The translations under genes and the position numbers were made by a program. 64,000 nucleotides of DNA from Octopus vulgaris (lineage: Eukaryota), in the NCBI GenBank assembly GCA_951406725.2, contig OX597843.1:4650001-4714000 (forward strand). The letters are read 5' to 3'. Shown piece by piece: positions 1 to 14,811 of this stretch (position 1 is its first letter; each line of letters begins with the position of its first letter). The notes under the pieces were generated by a model. The model was not told where the DNA came from and ran no database searches. It saw nothing but the letters and a program-made list of their open reading frames with translations.

Positions 1-1784
1 CACTACCACTACTACTGCCAGAACCATGAAAACAGCCACCATAGCAACGATTACAGTTGTGACAATGTAATCGCGACCACCACCACCAACACTTTTACAG
101 TCACCTGCAGACACTGCACCACCACCACAACCACCACCACAACTACCACTGTAGCTACCACTACTACCAACCCGCTACTTCTACCACCACCACTACCACC
201 AACGCCACCACAAGACCACAGCTTTGTCAAAAGTTGGGGGACACCATACCACCACCACCACCACAACAACCAGCACTGCCACCACCACCACCACCACCAC
301 CACCACCACTTCTGCAGCAACCAACACACCACAACGTCAACCAGGAGACACCACCACTTCTGTAGCTACAACCAATACTGCTACCACATAAACTACAGAC
401 ATTACACCACCACCACCAATACTACTACTACAACAGAGCCACACTGTCTGCTGTACAACAAACAGCCATGCTGTTATACAACTACATCAGTGACCTCTCC
501 AGGGGAATACAGTCTCGCTTCGACTGCTCTTGTTTCTTCATTATACCAGGCCTGTATGAACTGGTTTATGTCACTCTTAATTCAAATTGATGGTGTGTGT
601 TGTGCGTATATATATATACACATACATATATATATATATATATAAATACATATACATACATATATATATACATATATAAATACATATACATACATATATA
701 TATATATATATATACATATATAAATACATATATACACATATATACATATACATATATATATATATATATATACATACATACATATATATATACATACATA
801 CATATATACATACATACATACATATATATATATACATACATACATATATACATACATACATATATACATACATACATATATACATACATACATACATACA
901 TATATACATACATACATATATACATACACCGCCTTTAATCAAGCAGCTCAACCCTGGGACTTATTCTTTGTAAGCCAAGTACTTATTCTATCGGTCTCTT
1001 TTGCCGAACCGCTAAGTGACGGGGACGTAAACACACCAGCATCGGTTGTCAAGCAATGCTAGGGGCACAAACACAGACACACAAACACACACGCGCACAC
1101 ACATATATATATACATACATATATACAACGGGCTTCTTTCAGTTTCCGTCTATCAAATCCACTCACAAGGCTTTGGTCAGCCCGAGGCTATAGTAGAAGA
1201 CACTAGCCCAAGGTGCCACGCAGTGGGACTGAACCCGGAACCATGTGGTTGGTAAGCAAGCTACTTACCACACAGCCACTCCTACACCTATATTTTTTCT
1301 TTTTTTTTCTTCTTCTTTCTTTTTTTTTATATATACACATACATATATACATATATATATACATATAGCGTCTTATAGAGCTAAATTTATAAATTCTAAA
1401 ATTGCAGAAGATTTCGTTACTGGGCAGTTTAGCTCAATGGTAAAGCACTTGACATGTAATCACAGGGATGAGAGTTTGTGTCTTATGGCTCGCTGGTAAT
1501 GTATTTTTCTACAATGTATGGATAGTTTATCCTGTTCATGCTATTTCATTAGCATTATCACGCATTTGGGAATAAACTATTTCTGTATCTTTCAATACAT
1601 CTCAAGGCTTCGAAAACAAACTTTGTTTACTTTCATCATAAGGTGAATATACATACACACATACATACATATATATACATACATATATACATACATACAT
1701 ATATACATACATATATATATATATACACACACACACATATATATACACACACACATACATATATATACACACATATACATACAT

Positions 1785-1815
<31 letters not shown>

Positions 1816-2696
1816 CATACATACATACACACATACATATATATATATACATACATACATACACACATACATATATATATATACATACATACACACATAC
1901 ATATATATATATACATACATACACACATACATATATATATATATATACACACATACCTATATACACAAATATACATACACACACACACACATATATACAC
2001 ATACCTATATACACAAATATACATACACACACATATATATATACACATACCTATATACACAAATATATATATACACACACACATATACATATATATATAC
2101 AAACATATACATATATACACATATATATATACATATTACATACACACACACATATATATATATATATATTTATAGATAGACAGGTAGAGAAAGAGAAAGA
2201 GAGACAGAGAGTGAGTGTGTGTGTGTGTGTATGTATGTGTGTGTGCATGTGTGTGTATAGGAGATAGTGGTGAGCTAGCAGAACTGTTAATGTGACCTAC
2301 AAACTGTTGGGCAGTATTTGTTCTGGCTCTTAATTTTCCGAGTTCAAACCTGGCTGAGGTCAACAATGCCTTTCATCCTTTCGGGGTCAGCAGAGAGTAT
2401 GAACCCCAATCTAGAACTGGAGCCAATGCTATCGCATTGACTAACAACCCCTTCACTCGAAATGACTGGCTTTCAGCTTAGTTCAAAGACAACACACATT
2501 ATATACATACATACATACATACATATATATATATATTGAATGAGGGAGCTATATATGGATCAAAGACTATATATATATATATATATGGTGGGTAGGTGAA
2601 TGAGAAAGATGTGTTGTGTGTGTGTATATGTGTGAATGTGTTTGTGTCTGAGAGGAAGAGAAATAGATGGTGAGTGTGTGCATGAGTGCTTGTGTG

Positions 2697-2702
<6 letters not shown>

Positions 2703-2737
<35 letters not shown>

Positions 2738-3041
2738 GATAGATAGAGAGAGAGAGAGACAGATAGATAGATAGATAGAGAGAGATGGAGAGATAGATAG
2801 AGAGAGAGATAGATAGAGAGATAGAGAGATAGATAGATAGATAGAGAGAGATAGAGAGAGAGATAGTGAGATAGAGAGATAGATAGATAGATAGAGAGAG
2901 ATAGAGAGAGAGATGGAGAGACAGATAGATAGATAGATTGATAGAGAGAGAGATGGAGAGACAGATAGATAGATAGAGAGAGATAGAGAGAGAGATGGAG
3001 AGAGAGAGATAGATAGATAGAGAGATAGAGAGAGAGACAGA

Positions 3042-3090
<49 letters not shown>
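2703..3090. repeat. (AG)n/(AGAT)n compound microsatellite
   Basis: Directly visible. A similar tract lies at 30208-30590. Confidence 0.95.
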
Positions 3091-3400
3091 CTCATGTGTG
3101 TTCAGTTCCCAGAGTTGATTCGTGAGAATCACTCGAATGGAATTAATTCGCCAAATAAAGAATATAACACGCTCTGATTCATGAAGTAGGCAGCGATTTT
3201 AGAAGGGTACAAATACTCACACACACCTATATACATATGTATTCATTTGCCTGTACTAAGGTATATGTGTATATATAAAAACACCAGATGGAGTTCAGTG
3301 GAACACAAAGGTGATATAGAAATCAATATATATATATATATACAATTCTCTTTTATAGTAATTTTTGTAATTCTCAGCTGATTAAAGTTAAGGAATGTAC

Positions 3401-3415
<15 letters not shown>

Positions 3416-3435
<20 letters not shown>

Positions 3436-3936
3436 AAAGTGAAGTTGTGTGAGTGTCTGTCTCCTTCGATTTAGATTCCTAACTACTCCCACATTTTGCG
3501 GTGCAGTTTAACCAAATTCGGGTATCTTATAGTCGTGATTCATATCGAGCCCGTCTGAGTATTAGCGCGCGTCTACGATGAGTCTACGATTTAAAAAATA
3601 ATTTAACATCATTTTTTATTCCATTTTAATGCATAATTTTTCGTGTGTCGATGGCGGCGGAGTTGGCGTCCATGGTCACACCTGCACCTGTTTGCTTCTC
3701 CCCCTTCTTCCCTCCCTCGTGAAGCTGTGGGGAAGGGAGTGTAAGGAAATCAACGTCGTAAAGCGTTGTCAAGGAGACCAGCGTTCTTTTAGAACAACGA
3801 CTTCATGGCTTGAAGACACCAAAACAGAAATGGCTAAGAAAGCCCAAATTGGCATCTATAAGGGAAGTAACTCTCTAAAAATGCTTTTATAGTTATTTCC
3901 CTTACAAACCCGAGCAACGCCGGGCGATACTGCTAG
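3416..3936 (+). mobile_element. Non-autonomous Helitron-like element
   Basis: 3' hairpin CCCGAGCAACGCCGGG followed by CTAG|T. The 3' end is identical to that of the element at 11750-12120. The 5' end lies in (TA)n. Confidence 0.7.
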
Positions 3937-4329
3937 TATGTATATATATATATATATATCTTTTACTCTTTTATTTGTTTCGACCCCAGGACTTATTCTT
4001 TGTAAGCCTAGTACTTATTCTATCGGTCTCAGTTTCCATCTACCAAATCCACTCACAAGGCATTGGTCGTCCCGGGGCTGTAGTAGAAGACACTTGCCCA
4101 AGATGCCACGCAGTGGGATTGAACCCGGAACCATGTGGTTGGTGAGCAAGCTACTTACCACACAGCCATTCCTGCGCCTGGAGGATAATTTGTAAATTTT
4201 ACTCCCCCCCTCAAAAAAAGGGTCGTGGTGGTTTTACACTTTTAACATGGAAATAAAAAATTAATGAAGACAAAAGTTGTAAATCTATTTTACACATTGG
4301 AACTGAATGACTTCCCTGTGCCTGATTAG

Positions 4330-5522
4330 ATCTAGCTAAGTTTTCTTGTGCTTGGTTTCACCAGGTGTTGGGGTTGATCTCAAAAGTTCTTCAGTAAGGC
4401 CTTGAATATGTCCTTAAAAATTAGACAGGGAACAGTGTATCTGGTTGTGGCCAATCTGTCCAATGCATGCCTGGAAGGCCCTATCACAGGTCCACTGCAT
4501 GCCTGGAAGGCCCTATCACAGGTCCACTGCATACCTGGAAGGCTCTATCACAGGTCAGGCATTGCTGGTCAGTTGGGGCCAAAGGCAAGGAGTTGGCTCT
4601 GGGCTTGCACACTTCACGTTTTCTCTGTGCCTCTGAAATCCTGTTAGTAAGGGGTGGCACCTCTGTTGGTGCAGCTTCACCAGGGAGGGTGGTCTTGCAC
4701 TTGTGTTTCCCAGGTGTTGGGGTTAATCTCAAAGCTCTTCAACGAGGCCTTGAGCATATCTTTGAAGTGCTTTTCTCTGCCCTTCCTGCATGCACTTGCC
4801 TTCCACCAGTTCACTATAAAACAGTCTCTTGGGGAGCCGCACATCAGGTGTTCAAACAAGGTGCCCAGCCAAACTGACTTGGGCCCTCTTCGACAGTATG
4901 CAAATGGTTTTCAGGTCAGCGCAAGAGAGAGGGCCTCTGTGCCTGGGACCTTGTCTTGTCAGGTGAATTTCCAACATCTTTCTCAGGCACTTCATGGAAG
5001 GAGGACATCCTTGAAATGCTTTTTTCTGCCCTTCCTGCATGCATTTGCCTTCCACCAGTCTCTTAGGGAGCCGCACGTCAGGTATTCAAACAAGGTGCCC
5101 AGCCAAACTGACTTGGGCCCTTCTCAACAGTATGCAAATGCTTTTCAGGTCAGCGCAAGAGAGAGGGCCTCTGTCTCTGGGACCTTGTCTTGTCAGGCGA
5201 ATTTTCAACATCTTTCTCAGGCACTTCATGGAAGGAGGACATCCTTGAAATGCTTTTTTCTGCCCTTCCTGCATGCATTTGCCTTCCACCAGTTCACTAT
5301 AAAACAGTCTCTTGGGGATTTGCATTTGCCTTCCACCAGTCTCTTAGGGAGACACACGTCAGGTATTCGAACAAGGTGCCCAGCCAAACTGACTTGTGCC
5401 CTCCTCGGCAGTATGTAAATGCTTTTCAGGTCAGCGCAAGAGAGAGGGCCTCTGCGCCTGGGACCTTGTCTTGTCAGGTGAATTTTCAACATCTTTCTCA
5501 AGCACTTCATGGAAGGAGGACA
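4330..5522 (-). mobile_element. RTE-clade LINE ORF2 C-terminal remnant with internal tandem duplications
   Basis: Minus-strand peptides LAGHLVRIPD..LPKRLFYSELVEGK..QEGQKK..FKDMLKASLKSFEINPNTWET. A segment of about 240-290 bp is repeated 3 times, with frameshifts. Confidence 0.75.
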
Positions 5523-5723
5523 TTGAATGACGATGATGATGATGATGATGATGGTGATGGGTTGATTGTATACAATTCTTTAAACCATGAAAGCAGCCAT
5601 TACAAAGGCTATCATTAAGTCATTAAACACACATTTATTGGAAGCTTAAATCAACATTTCTGATTGTCCTATCAGAGAGAAAATAACAGCTGGAAGCTAA
5701 GTCTTTTATGCATAAAACACACA

Positions 5724-5765
<42 letters not shown>

Positions 5766-5806
5766 ATTTACATGTGTGTGTGTAAGTATATCTATATACA
5801 CGTGTG

Positions 5807-5839
<33 letters not shown>

Positions 5840-5908
5840 GTATGTGTGTAGATACATATGTGTGTGTATATATATATGTATGTATGTGTGTAGATACATA
5901 TGTGTGTG

Positions 5909-5943
<35 letters not shown>

Positions 5944-5972
5944 GTATGACTATATATATATGTAAGTATGTG

Positions 5973-6011
<39 letters not shown>

Positions 6012-6133
6012 GGAAAACGGATGCTAAACGATGATGATGATGATGTATGTAAATATGTGTGTGTAATCGTGTGTGTGTGTGTGTGTATATATATATGTGT
6101 GTGTGCGTAAATGTGTGTGTGTAATCGTGTGTG

Positions 6134-6167
<34 letters not shown>

Positions 6168-7064
6168 CGTGTGTGTGTAAATATGTGTGTGTAATCGTGT
6201 ATATATATATATATCTGTAAGTATGTGTGTGTAATCGTGTATATATATATGTGTGTGTGTGTAAATATGTGTGTGTATTCGTGCGTGTGTGTGTATATAT
6301 ACACACATATATAAACTGTTAACAGTGGTATGTGTGTGTATATATATACAAATATATAAACTGTTAACAGTGGTATATATATCAGCTGTTGTGTATTCAA
6401 TAAACATACGTTGTGACCTGCTGCACTACGGCAGACATGTTGACTGGAAGCTAATTTAAGTGAATTCAAAATAGATCCGGTTTTAATGAAGTATTTCAAA
6501 TACGGAGCAATGCTCGGGGCTTATAGACGTAGCAGCGAACGTACACACATGCCTGCGTATGTGTTTGTGTATTGCCTATTCACACACTCTCCATGCCTTT
6601 GCATACCTAGCAAACCCACCTCCCAACCACTCCAATTCCTCTCACCATCGCTTGCTATCTCGAAACACCCCTCACACTCTTATGGAACATTCCTGCCTAT
6701 GTCCCCCTCTGCACCCCTTATACTCTCCCACTTCTGTTCCCTGTGGGCAGGCCTTCTCTCTACCCCTCCCTCTCTCTCTCTCTCTCATACACATTCTGAC
6801 TTATCTCTAGCTTTCTAACTATCTCCCACCTTTCATCACCTTCCTTGTCCGACTGGAGCGGTCAAGTACCTCCACTTATAGAAAAATGACTATTCTTGAC
6901 CCTCTATCATACTCCAGCCTTTTGCCTGGTCATATGGTCACTTCCCTTAGTTCCACTCCCTCTCTCAGCTGAGAGGCCCTTGTCTTGCAAGCTACCTGGT
7001 GACCCCGTGGGTACAGGTGTCACATAAAGAGCACCCATGCTAGCATCACATAAAGTCATCCTTT

Positions 7065-7682
7065 ACCCTATTTCCGACCATTGGTCGAGTATACGTGTGG
7101 AGACAGCCAAAAGAAGCATTTGACCCAGACTGCCTTCTTCCAGCCATTAAACATGGAAGAAGATCTGTGATGATCTAGGGACAGGGTTATATCTTGGAAA
7201 TCCACCAACCCAATGGTTTCCCTCCATGGCAGAGTTGATAGTCAAGACTATTTAAGCATTTTATCTGATCAAATTCATCCTATGGTTGCAGAACTGTTTC
7301 CGGAGGGAAACACATTGTTTCAGGATGATAATGCACCAATTCACACAGCTAAAGTTGTTACTGAATGGCACGAGGAACATTCTAGTGAAGTTGAACATCT
7401 TATCTGGCCACCACAGTCCCCAGATCTCAATATTATTGAACATTTACGGTGCATTTTAGAAAACCAAGTAAGGAGTCGATATCCTCCACCATCATCACAA
7501 CAGGAACTGGAGACTGTTTTAGCTGAAGAACGGACAAGAATCCCTTTGGAAATAATTCAAACCTTGTACGAGTCCATACCGCATCGAATTCAAGCTGTAA
7601 TTACTGCCAATGGCGGCCCTAACTCATATTAAAATAAATTTGTTTGAAATTTTAAGATGTTTCCATTATTTTGTCCAACCAC

Positions 7683-7684
<2 letters not shown>
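7065..7684 (+). mobile_element. Tc1 transposon 3' half (transposase DDE domain remnant and right TIR)
   Basis: ORF 7213-7632 has FQDDNAPIH and WPPQSPDLNIIE (Tc1 D..E motifs). There is an upstream in-frame stop. Ends TTATTTTGTCCAACCACTG next to a (TA)n run. Confidence 0.88.
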
Positions 7685-7739
<55 letters not shown>

Positions 7740-7745
7740 GTATAT

Positions 7746-7776
<31 letters not shown>

Positions 7777-7908
7777 ACCGCTAGAATAAGTACCAAGTTT
7801 CAAAATTTAAAAAAATAAATAAAAAAGGTACTGTGATCAATTTCTACTAAAAAATTGTTCAAGGTGGTGCCCCAGCATGGCCACAGTCCAATGACTGAAA
7901 CAAGTAAA

Positions 7909-7954
<46 letters not shown>

Positions 7955-9069
7955 GTATGTGTGTGTCTGTCTGTCCTCCAACACTGCTTGACAGCTAGTG
8001 TTGGAGGACATTAGTTCAAGGCGGTGCCCCAGCATGGCCACAGTCAAATGATTGAAACAAACGAGAGATGAAAGGTAAAGAGATATTTTACCAAATTCTT
8101 CATTAATTTCAAAATTAATCAAAACAGGTGCAAATTAGTTCAAGAGAAATACGGTGAGAACCAGGTGAAATTACCCACAGCCTGGCTGTGTGGTAAGTTG
8201 CTTGCTTACGAACCACATGGTTCTGGGTTCAGTCCCACTGCATGGCATCTTGGGCAAGTGTCTTCCACTATAGCCTCGCCCCAACCAAAGCGTTGTGAGT
8301 GGATTTGGTAGATGGAAACTGAAAGAAGCCCATCGTATATATGTATATGTGTGTGTGTATATATATATGTCTTTATATGTATATATATGTGTGTGTGTGT
8401 TTGTGTGTCTGTGTGTCCCCATCGCTTGACAACTGATACTGGTGTGTTTACGTCCCCGTAACTTAGCGCTTCGGCAAAAGAGATCGATAGAATAAGTACC
8501 AGGCTTACAAAGAATGAGTCCTGGAGTCGATTTGGTCGACTAGAGGCGGTGCTCCAGCATGGCCACAGTCAAATGACTGAAACAAGTAATAGAGCATAAA
8601 GAGCAAGAGCCAAACCTGCAATTTAAACCCTCCCCCACCAACCTACCTACATAGAGAGAAGCAGGCCACATCATGTACTAATAAATATGTTTGCCAAGAA
8701 AGCAGAGTGCCAAAATCCTCCCACCCTGGGACAAGATCTAGTGACCTTATCACGAGTCAACCAGCCAAGTCGGGGACGACATCTCTGTTGACTGAAACCA
8801 GCGACGGAGCAAGTTGACGGTTGGCATTTCTGTTAGTTAAATATTTATCCATCACTCTAATCGGCTCCCCTGTGGGTTTTATGTCTGTCTGTGTGTCGGC
8901 AGGGAGACAGCCGTCGGATGTAAATGTCACAACTATCTCTCCCCCGTCGTAAATAATAAATGCGTCCTCTCTAAAAGTCTAAATATCGGCCATCAACCTA
9001 TTTTACTGTGTTACAACAGCAATAAATAAACCCCTTCTTTCTTATCTTTTTGTTCACAATTACAAGGGT

Positions 9070-10165
9070 AACAGGGCCCTTTTATGCTCTTCTGGCCCCA
9101 ATAAACATGGCTTTCACAAGGTTTTTTGTCATCCATAATGAGCAGGGCTTCTATCTTTATCACCATGTTCTTAATATTAAGGCTTTTCCTCCAACAAAAG
9201 AGCCCTTTTTTTATCCATGATGGGTCCTTTTCTGCTCTTCTGACCCCAATAAACCTGGTTCTCACAAGGTTTTTTGCTATCCATAATGAACAGGGCTTCT
9301 ATCTTTAACACTATATCCTTAATACTAAGGCTTTTCCTCCAATAAAAGAGCCCTTTTTTTATCCATGATGGGTCCTTTTCTGCTCTTCTGACCCCAATAA
9401 ACCTGGCTCTCACAAGGTTTTTTGCTATCCATAATGAACAGGGCTTCTATCTTTATCACTATGTCCTTAAAATCAAGGCTTTTCCTCCAGTAAAAGAGCC
9501 CTTCTTTTATCAATGATGGGTCCTTTTCTGCTCTTCTGACCCCAATAAACCTGGCTCTCACAAGGTTTTTCTATCCATAAATGGGCCTTCTATCTGTATC
9601 ATTATGTCCTTAACAACAGAGTTTTTCCTCCAATAAGAGTTCTTTTTTATCAACAATAATGGATCTTTTTCTGGTCCCGTAGCCCCAATAAATATGGCTG
9701 TCACAAGGTTTTTCTATCCATAAGTGGGCCTTCTATCTGTATCATTATGTCCTTAATAACAGGGTTTTTCCTCCAATAAAAAAGTTCTTTTTTATCAACA
9801 ATAATAGGTCCTTTTCTAACCTTCTGGCCCCAATAAACAAGGGTCTGGTAGGGTTTCTCTATTCACAATTAGCAAGGCCTCTATCTGTATTCTTGTTTGT
9901 TTGTTTGTATGTATGAATGCATATATGTGTGTATATATGATTCTATGCATATATGTATGTATGTATACATGTATGACATATGTATATATGCATATTTGTA
10001 GGTTTAGTTTTATGTTTGTGTTGTCAAAGCTTTTCCTCCAGAAAAAGAGCCCTTCTTTTCAACCAACAATAATAGGTCCTTTTCTGATCTTCTGGCCCCA
10101 ATAGACAAGGGCCTTGTAGGGTTTCTCTATTCACAATTAGCAAGGCCTCTATCTGTATTCTTGTT
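9070..10165. repeat. Local satellite with 148-bp unit that decays rightwards
   Basis: The near-identical ORFs 9177-9413 and 9325-9561 are offset by 148 bp. Motif gccccaataaacctggctctcacaagg recurs. Confidence 0.85.
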
Positions 10166-10641
10166 TGTTTGTTTGCATGTATGCATGCATATATGTATGT
10201 GTGTATATATGTATCTATGCATATATGTATGTGTGTATATATGTATCTATGCATATATGTATGTGTGTATATATGTATCTATGCATATATGTATGTGTGT
10301 ATATATGTATCTATGCATATATGTATGTGTGTATATATGTATCTATGCATATATGTATGTATGTATACATGTATGTATGTATGATGTATGTATATGAGCA
10401 GATTTGTAGGTTTTGTATTATCTCTGTGTTCTCACGAATATACTTGCCTATCTAGACATGCCCATATATACTTAAGCCGAGTCAGAGGGAGGAATAGGGA
10501 GAGGTATTTGAATAGGATGTGGAGGGAAGGGAGGGGTAGGGGTGTATGCAAACATCTTGCACATGCAAGTGCTACCAGTTAAAAGCTCCATATACCGGAA
10601 GCTAGCAAGTGTATGGGGTCATCAGGAGAGAATGCGCGCCG

Positions 10642-11280
10642 TTTCGGGGCCTACCTCTCGAAAGCATCAATGCACACCGCCCCCCCCCCCTCACTGATAT
10701 GAGGCCCCGCTTGCTAGATCAGCTGGTTATGGAGTTAAACTCAATATACTTCTAGCCATCGCTCATCGTCTCTTTTTAACCAAATCCAGTGGCTAGCCTT
10801 CTCCATTTCGGGGCCTACCTCTCGACGGCATCAATGCGCACTGGCCCCCCTCACTGATATGTGCCCCCGCTTGCTAGATCAGCTGGTTATGAAGAACTCA
10901 ATATACTTCTAGCCATCGCTCATCGTCTCTTTTTAACCAAATCCAGTGGCTAGCCTTCTCCATTTCGGGGCCTACCTCTCGACGGCATCAATGCGCACCG
11001 GCCCCCTCACTGATATGAGGCCCTGCTTGCTAGATCAGCTGGTTATGAAGAACTCAATATACTTCTAGCCATCGCTCATCGTCTCTTTTTAACCAAATCC
11101 AGTGGCTAGCCTTCTCCAATTTGGGGCCTACCTCTCGAAGGCATCAATACGCACCGGCCCCCCCTCACTGATATGAGGCCCCGCTTGCTAGATCAGCTGG
11201 TTATGAAGAGCTCAATATACTTCTAGCTATCGCTCATCGTCTCTTTTTAACCAAATCCAGTGGTTACCCTTCTCCACTTT
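10642..11280. repeat. Tandem repeat, about 157 bp x4
   Basis: ggggcctacctctcga starts at 10646, 10810, 10967 and 11123. Confidence 0.9.
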
Positions 11281-11611
11281 AGATAATGAATTTGTGGTCA
11301 ATGGAAAGAAAAATGTGTGCTTAAAAAGATGGTATTAGTAGTAAAATTTAAAATCTAAGGAAGAGGGGGGAATGGTAGTAATGGCTAAAACCTAAGAATT
11401 AAATGATAAACTTTTGAAAAGTTTTACAGATCTTTACAGTTCCACTGATGGCTTGGATCTGTAGTCTTCGAATCAGCTTTCTCCTTTCTGGATTTGAGAA
11501 GCCGAATTTCTCGAGATTGGTATTTAGGCAATGAGTTACATATCCCTGTGCCCCAATAATTACAGGTATAAATAATTAACTTCTAATCTGGATAGATTAG
11601 CTGTAGATTAC

Positions 11612-11648
<37 letters not shown>

Positions 11649-11749
11649 GTCATTTTGCCCTGACAGTTTGGTTGTTGTGTTCACTGTCTTACAGGCAGTG
11701 TAATTCTTTACCAATTTTCTGCGAAAAAAATGTCTGTCCATGGAGAAAA

Positions 11750-12120
11750 TCTCTCTATATATAAACGGCAGTTTGTCTGTGTGTGTTTCTGTGTGTCTGT
11801 CAGGTTGTACCCTCACCCTGACCACGGCTTTCAACCGATTCTGATGAAACTTGACACACACATAGCCCAATGTCATAATTCAAAACTAACGCAGCGAAAA
11901 TTTTGAAAAGTTCCCCCAGTTCTGAAAAAAATCGATAAATTCGACATGGGGTCGAGAATCAGAAACCCAAACCACAGACCGTCTAGGGGACGCAACTCCA
12001 CCTATTTTAACTAAAAAAAATTTACCATCATTTTTTTTCCATTTTTTGGCTATAACTCTCTAAAAATGCTTTATAGTTATTTCCCTTACAAACCCGAGCA
12101 ACGCCGGGCGATACTGCTAG
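11750..12120 (+). mobile_element. Non-autonomous Helitron
   Basis: A|TC start, 3' GC hairpin + CTAG|T and no TSD. The 5' part is shared with 46534-46965. Confidence 0.8.
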
Positions 12121-12240
12121 TGTTTCATAACTTGGAAACAGGTAAAGCTTGGTTGTTGAACACCTGGCTCAAGCAAGCGTGGAAAAAGTAGGCATTAAAA
12201 AAATAGTGATAATGATATAAAAAAAAAAACAAAGAATTAA

Positions 12241-12645
12241 CGCAGGAGTGGCTGTGTGGCAAGTAGCTTGCTAACCAACCGCAGGGTTCCGGGTTCAGTC
12301 CCACTGCGTGGCATCTTGGGCAAGTGTCTCCTGCTAGAGCCCTGGGCCAACCAATGCCTTGTGAGTGGATTTGGTAGACGGAAACTGAAAGAAGCCTGTC
12401 GTATATGTATATATATATATGTATGTGTGTTTGTGTGTCTGTGTTTGTCCCCCAAGCATTGCTTGACAACCGATGCTGGTGTGTTTACGTCCCCGTCACT
12501 TAGCGGTTCGGCAAAAGAGACTGATAGAATAAGTACTGGGCTTACAAAAGAATAAGTCCCGGGGTCGATTTGCTCGACTAAAAAAGGCTGTGCTCCAGCA
12601 TGGCCGCAGTCAAATGACTGAAACAAGTAAAAAAGTAAAAGAGAG
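12241..12645 (+). mobile_element. Full-length copy of the dominant tRNA-derived SINE
   Basis: Pol III A box TGGCTGTGTGG, B box GGTTCAGTCCC, internal (TA/TG)n and a tail ending GAAACAAGTAAAA. Other + copies near 8182, 14355, 19131, 21661, 28973, 34552, 48489, 49066 and 63707. Confidence 0.88.
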
Positions 12646-14527
12646 AGAGTTTATGGCATGGGCATCTAAAGTCCATGAGAAGCATGGACATCTAAAGTCC
12701 ATGAGAGGTCAGCCTGGATTTGATGGTTTCATAGCTATTAAGTTATCTATGATTATAAGTAGAGGGAAGATTAGGAGCAAAAAAGAGGGGGTCGGGGAGA
12801 AGGATGTGGGGTTTGAATATCTGTGAGGGGAGCAGGGAGGTCTTCACAGTCACAGAAAATAACTTTCATGTGATGGAGGAGAAACTATTTTGTGACATTT
12901 CAATCACACACACACACACACACATGCATACATGAACAGAGGATATCCACACATACATTCACATACATGCATATCCACATACATACACACAGATGCATTC
13001 ACATACACACATTGACATACACACATATATATACACACGCAAATACAAACGTACACACACATATACAAACACATATACACACACACAAGAACACACAAAC
13101 ACATAGGTACACACACACATATACAAACACATACATACATGCACAAATACAAATACGTACACACTCACATACGAACACACAAACATATAGGTACACACAC
13201 ACACACATACATATACATACATACATACACAACATACACACACACGAACACAATTATACTCATACAGATATACACATGCATACACACACATATACATAAT
13301 CATACACAAATACATTCATACATATACATACATACATACACACACATGCATATACACACATGCATATACACAACATACACACACACACACACACACACAC
13401 ATATAGGTACACACACACACACACATACATACATACATATATACATACATATACACATACATACATACATACAAACATATACATACATACATACATATTT
13501 ACATACATATACATACATACATATATACATACATACATATACATACATACATATATACATACATACATACATATACATACATACACATACATACATACAT
13601 ATATACATATATACATACATACATATACATACAAACATACATACATACACACAAACGTACATACATACATACATACATACAAGTACACATACAGAAACAC
13701 ACACATGCATATACACAACATACACACACAACACACACAAACACTTGAGCACATTTATACTCATACAGATATACACATGCATACACACACATATACATAA
13801 TCATACACAAACACATTCATACATATACACACACACACACACCAGCATGTCGTTTAAATTGTTAATCACCAGATCACACCAACAACACAAGGACACTTTA
13901 TATCAATCAGCAGTTGTGCGTGTGTGTGCGTGTGCACGCGCACACGACAACACACATGTGACCCAGTAAATTAGTCCATAGCTATTTCAAAAATGCCTAA
14001 GAGAATATTAAAAAAAAAATAATCCGAAAATTGTAAAATACAGAAAAAAAAAATCCCAAAGACAAAGAGTATTTAAAATAAAAAAAATTATTAAAAATTG
14101 AGACCCTGCCCCCCCACCCCACCCTACCCCACCAAGGCAGTTATATATGTATGGGTAAGAAGAATGCTACGAAACCACATGGTTCCGGGTTCAATACCAC
14201 TTGGCATGACAATCAGTTCGGTGTTTTTTACTGTAAGTTTGAGGCCATCCAACACCTCATGAGCGGATTTGGTAGATGGAGACTGTACTGAAGCATGCCA
14301 AGTATGCATATATATATATGTAAATGTATATATATATATATATAAATGTATATATAGGCGCAGGAGTGGCTGTGTGGTAAGTAGGTTGCTTACCAACCAC
14401 ATGGTTCCGGGTTCAGTCCCACTGTGTGGCATCTTGGCAAAGTGTCTTCTGCTATAGCCTCGGGCTGACCAAAGCCTTGTGAGTGGATTTGGTAGACAGA
14501 AACTGAAAGAAGCCCATCGTATATATG

Positions 14528-14562
<35 letters not shown>

Positions 14563-14811
14563 TTGTGTGTCTGTGTTTGTCCCCCTAGCATTGCTTGACA
14601 ACCGATGCTGGTGTGTTTACGTCTCCGTCACTTAGCAGTTCGGCAAAAGAGACCGATAGAATAAGTACTGGGCTAACAAAGAATAAGTCCTGGGGTTGAG
14701 ATGCTTGACTAAAGGCAGTGCTCCAGCATGGCCACAGTCAAATGACTGAAACAAGTAAAAGAGCAAAACGAGCATGTATTGATATATAAGCAACCATGGC
14801 TGTGTGGTGAC

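Noticed and set aside
1-490. Mucin-like Thr-rich exon
   Set aside because: Degenerate (ACC/ACT)n repeat with an in-frame stop in the Thr-rich frame and no clear splice boundaries.
495-551. Minus-strand peptide AWYNEETRAVEARLYSPGE resembling the LYSPG motif of TMEM189 exon 1
   Set aside because: Short match with no good donor, no start context and a nearby stop, so likely chance.
566-2366. Long ORFs rich in Y/I/M/C/V/H/T here and throughout the window
   Set aside because: They are translations of (AT)n/(AC)n microsatellites, which lack stop codons in several frames.
4783-4803. GKCMQE as possible PEDS1 exon 2 start (GKRxQE)
   Set aside because: It lies inside a tandemly repeated RTE LINE remnant and the following residues are RTE-like.
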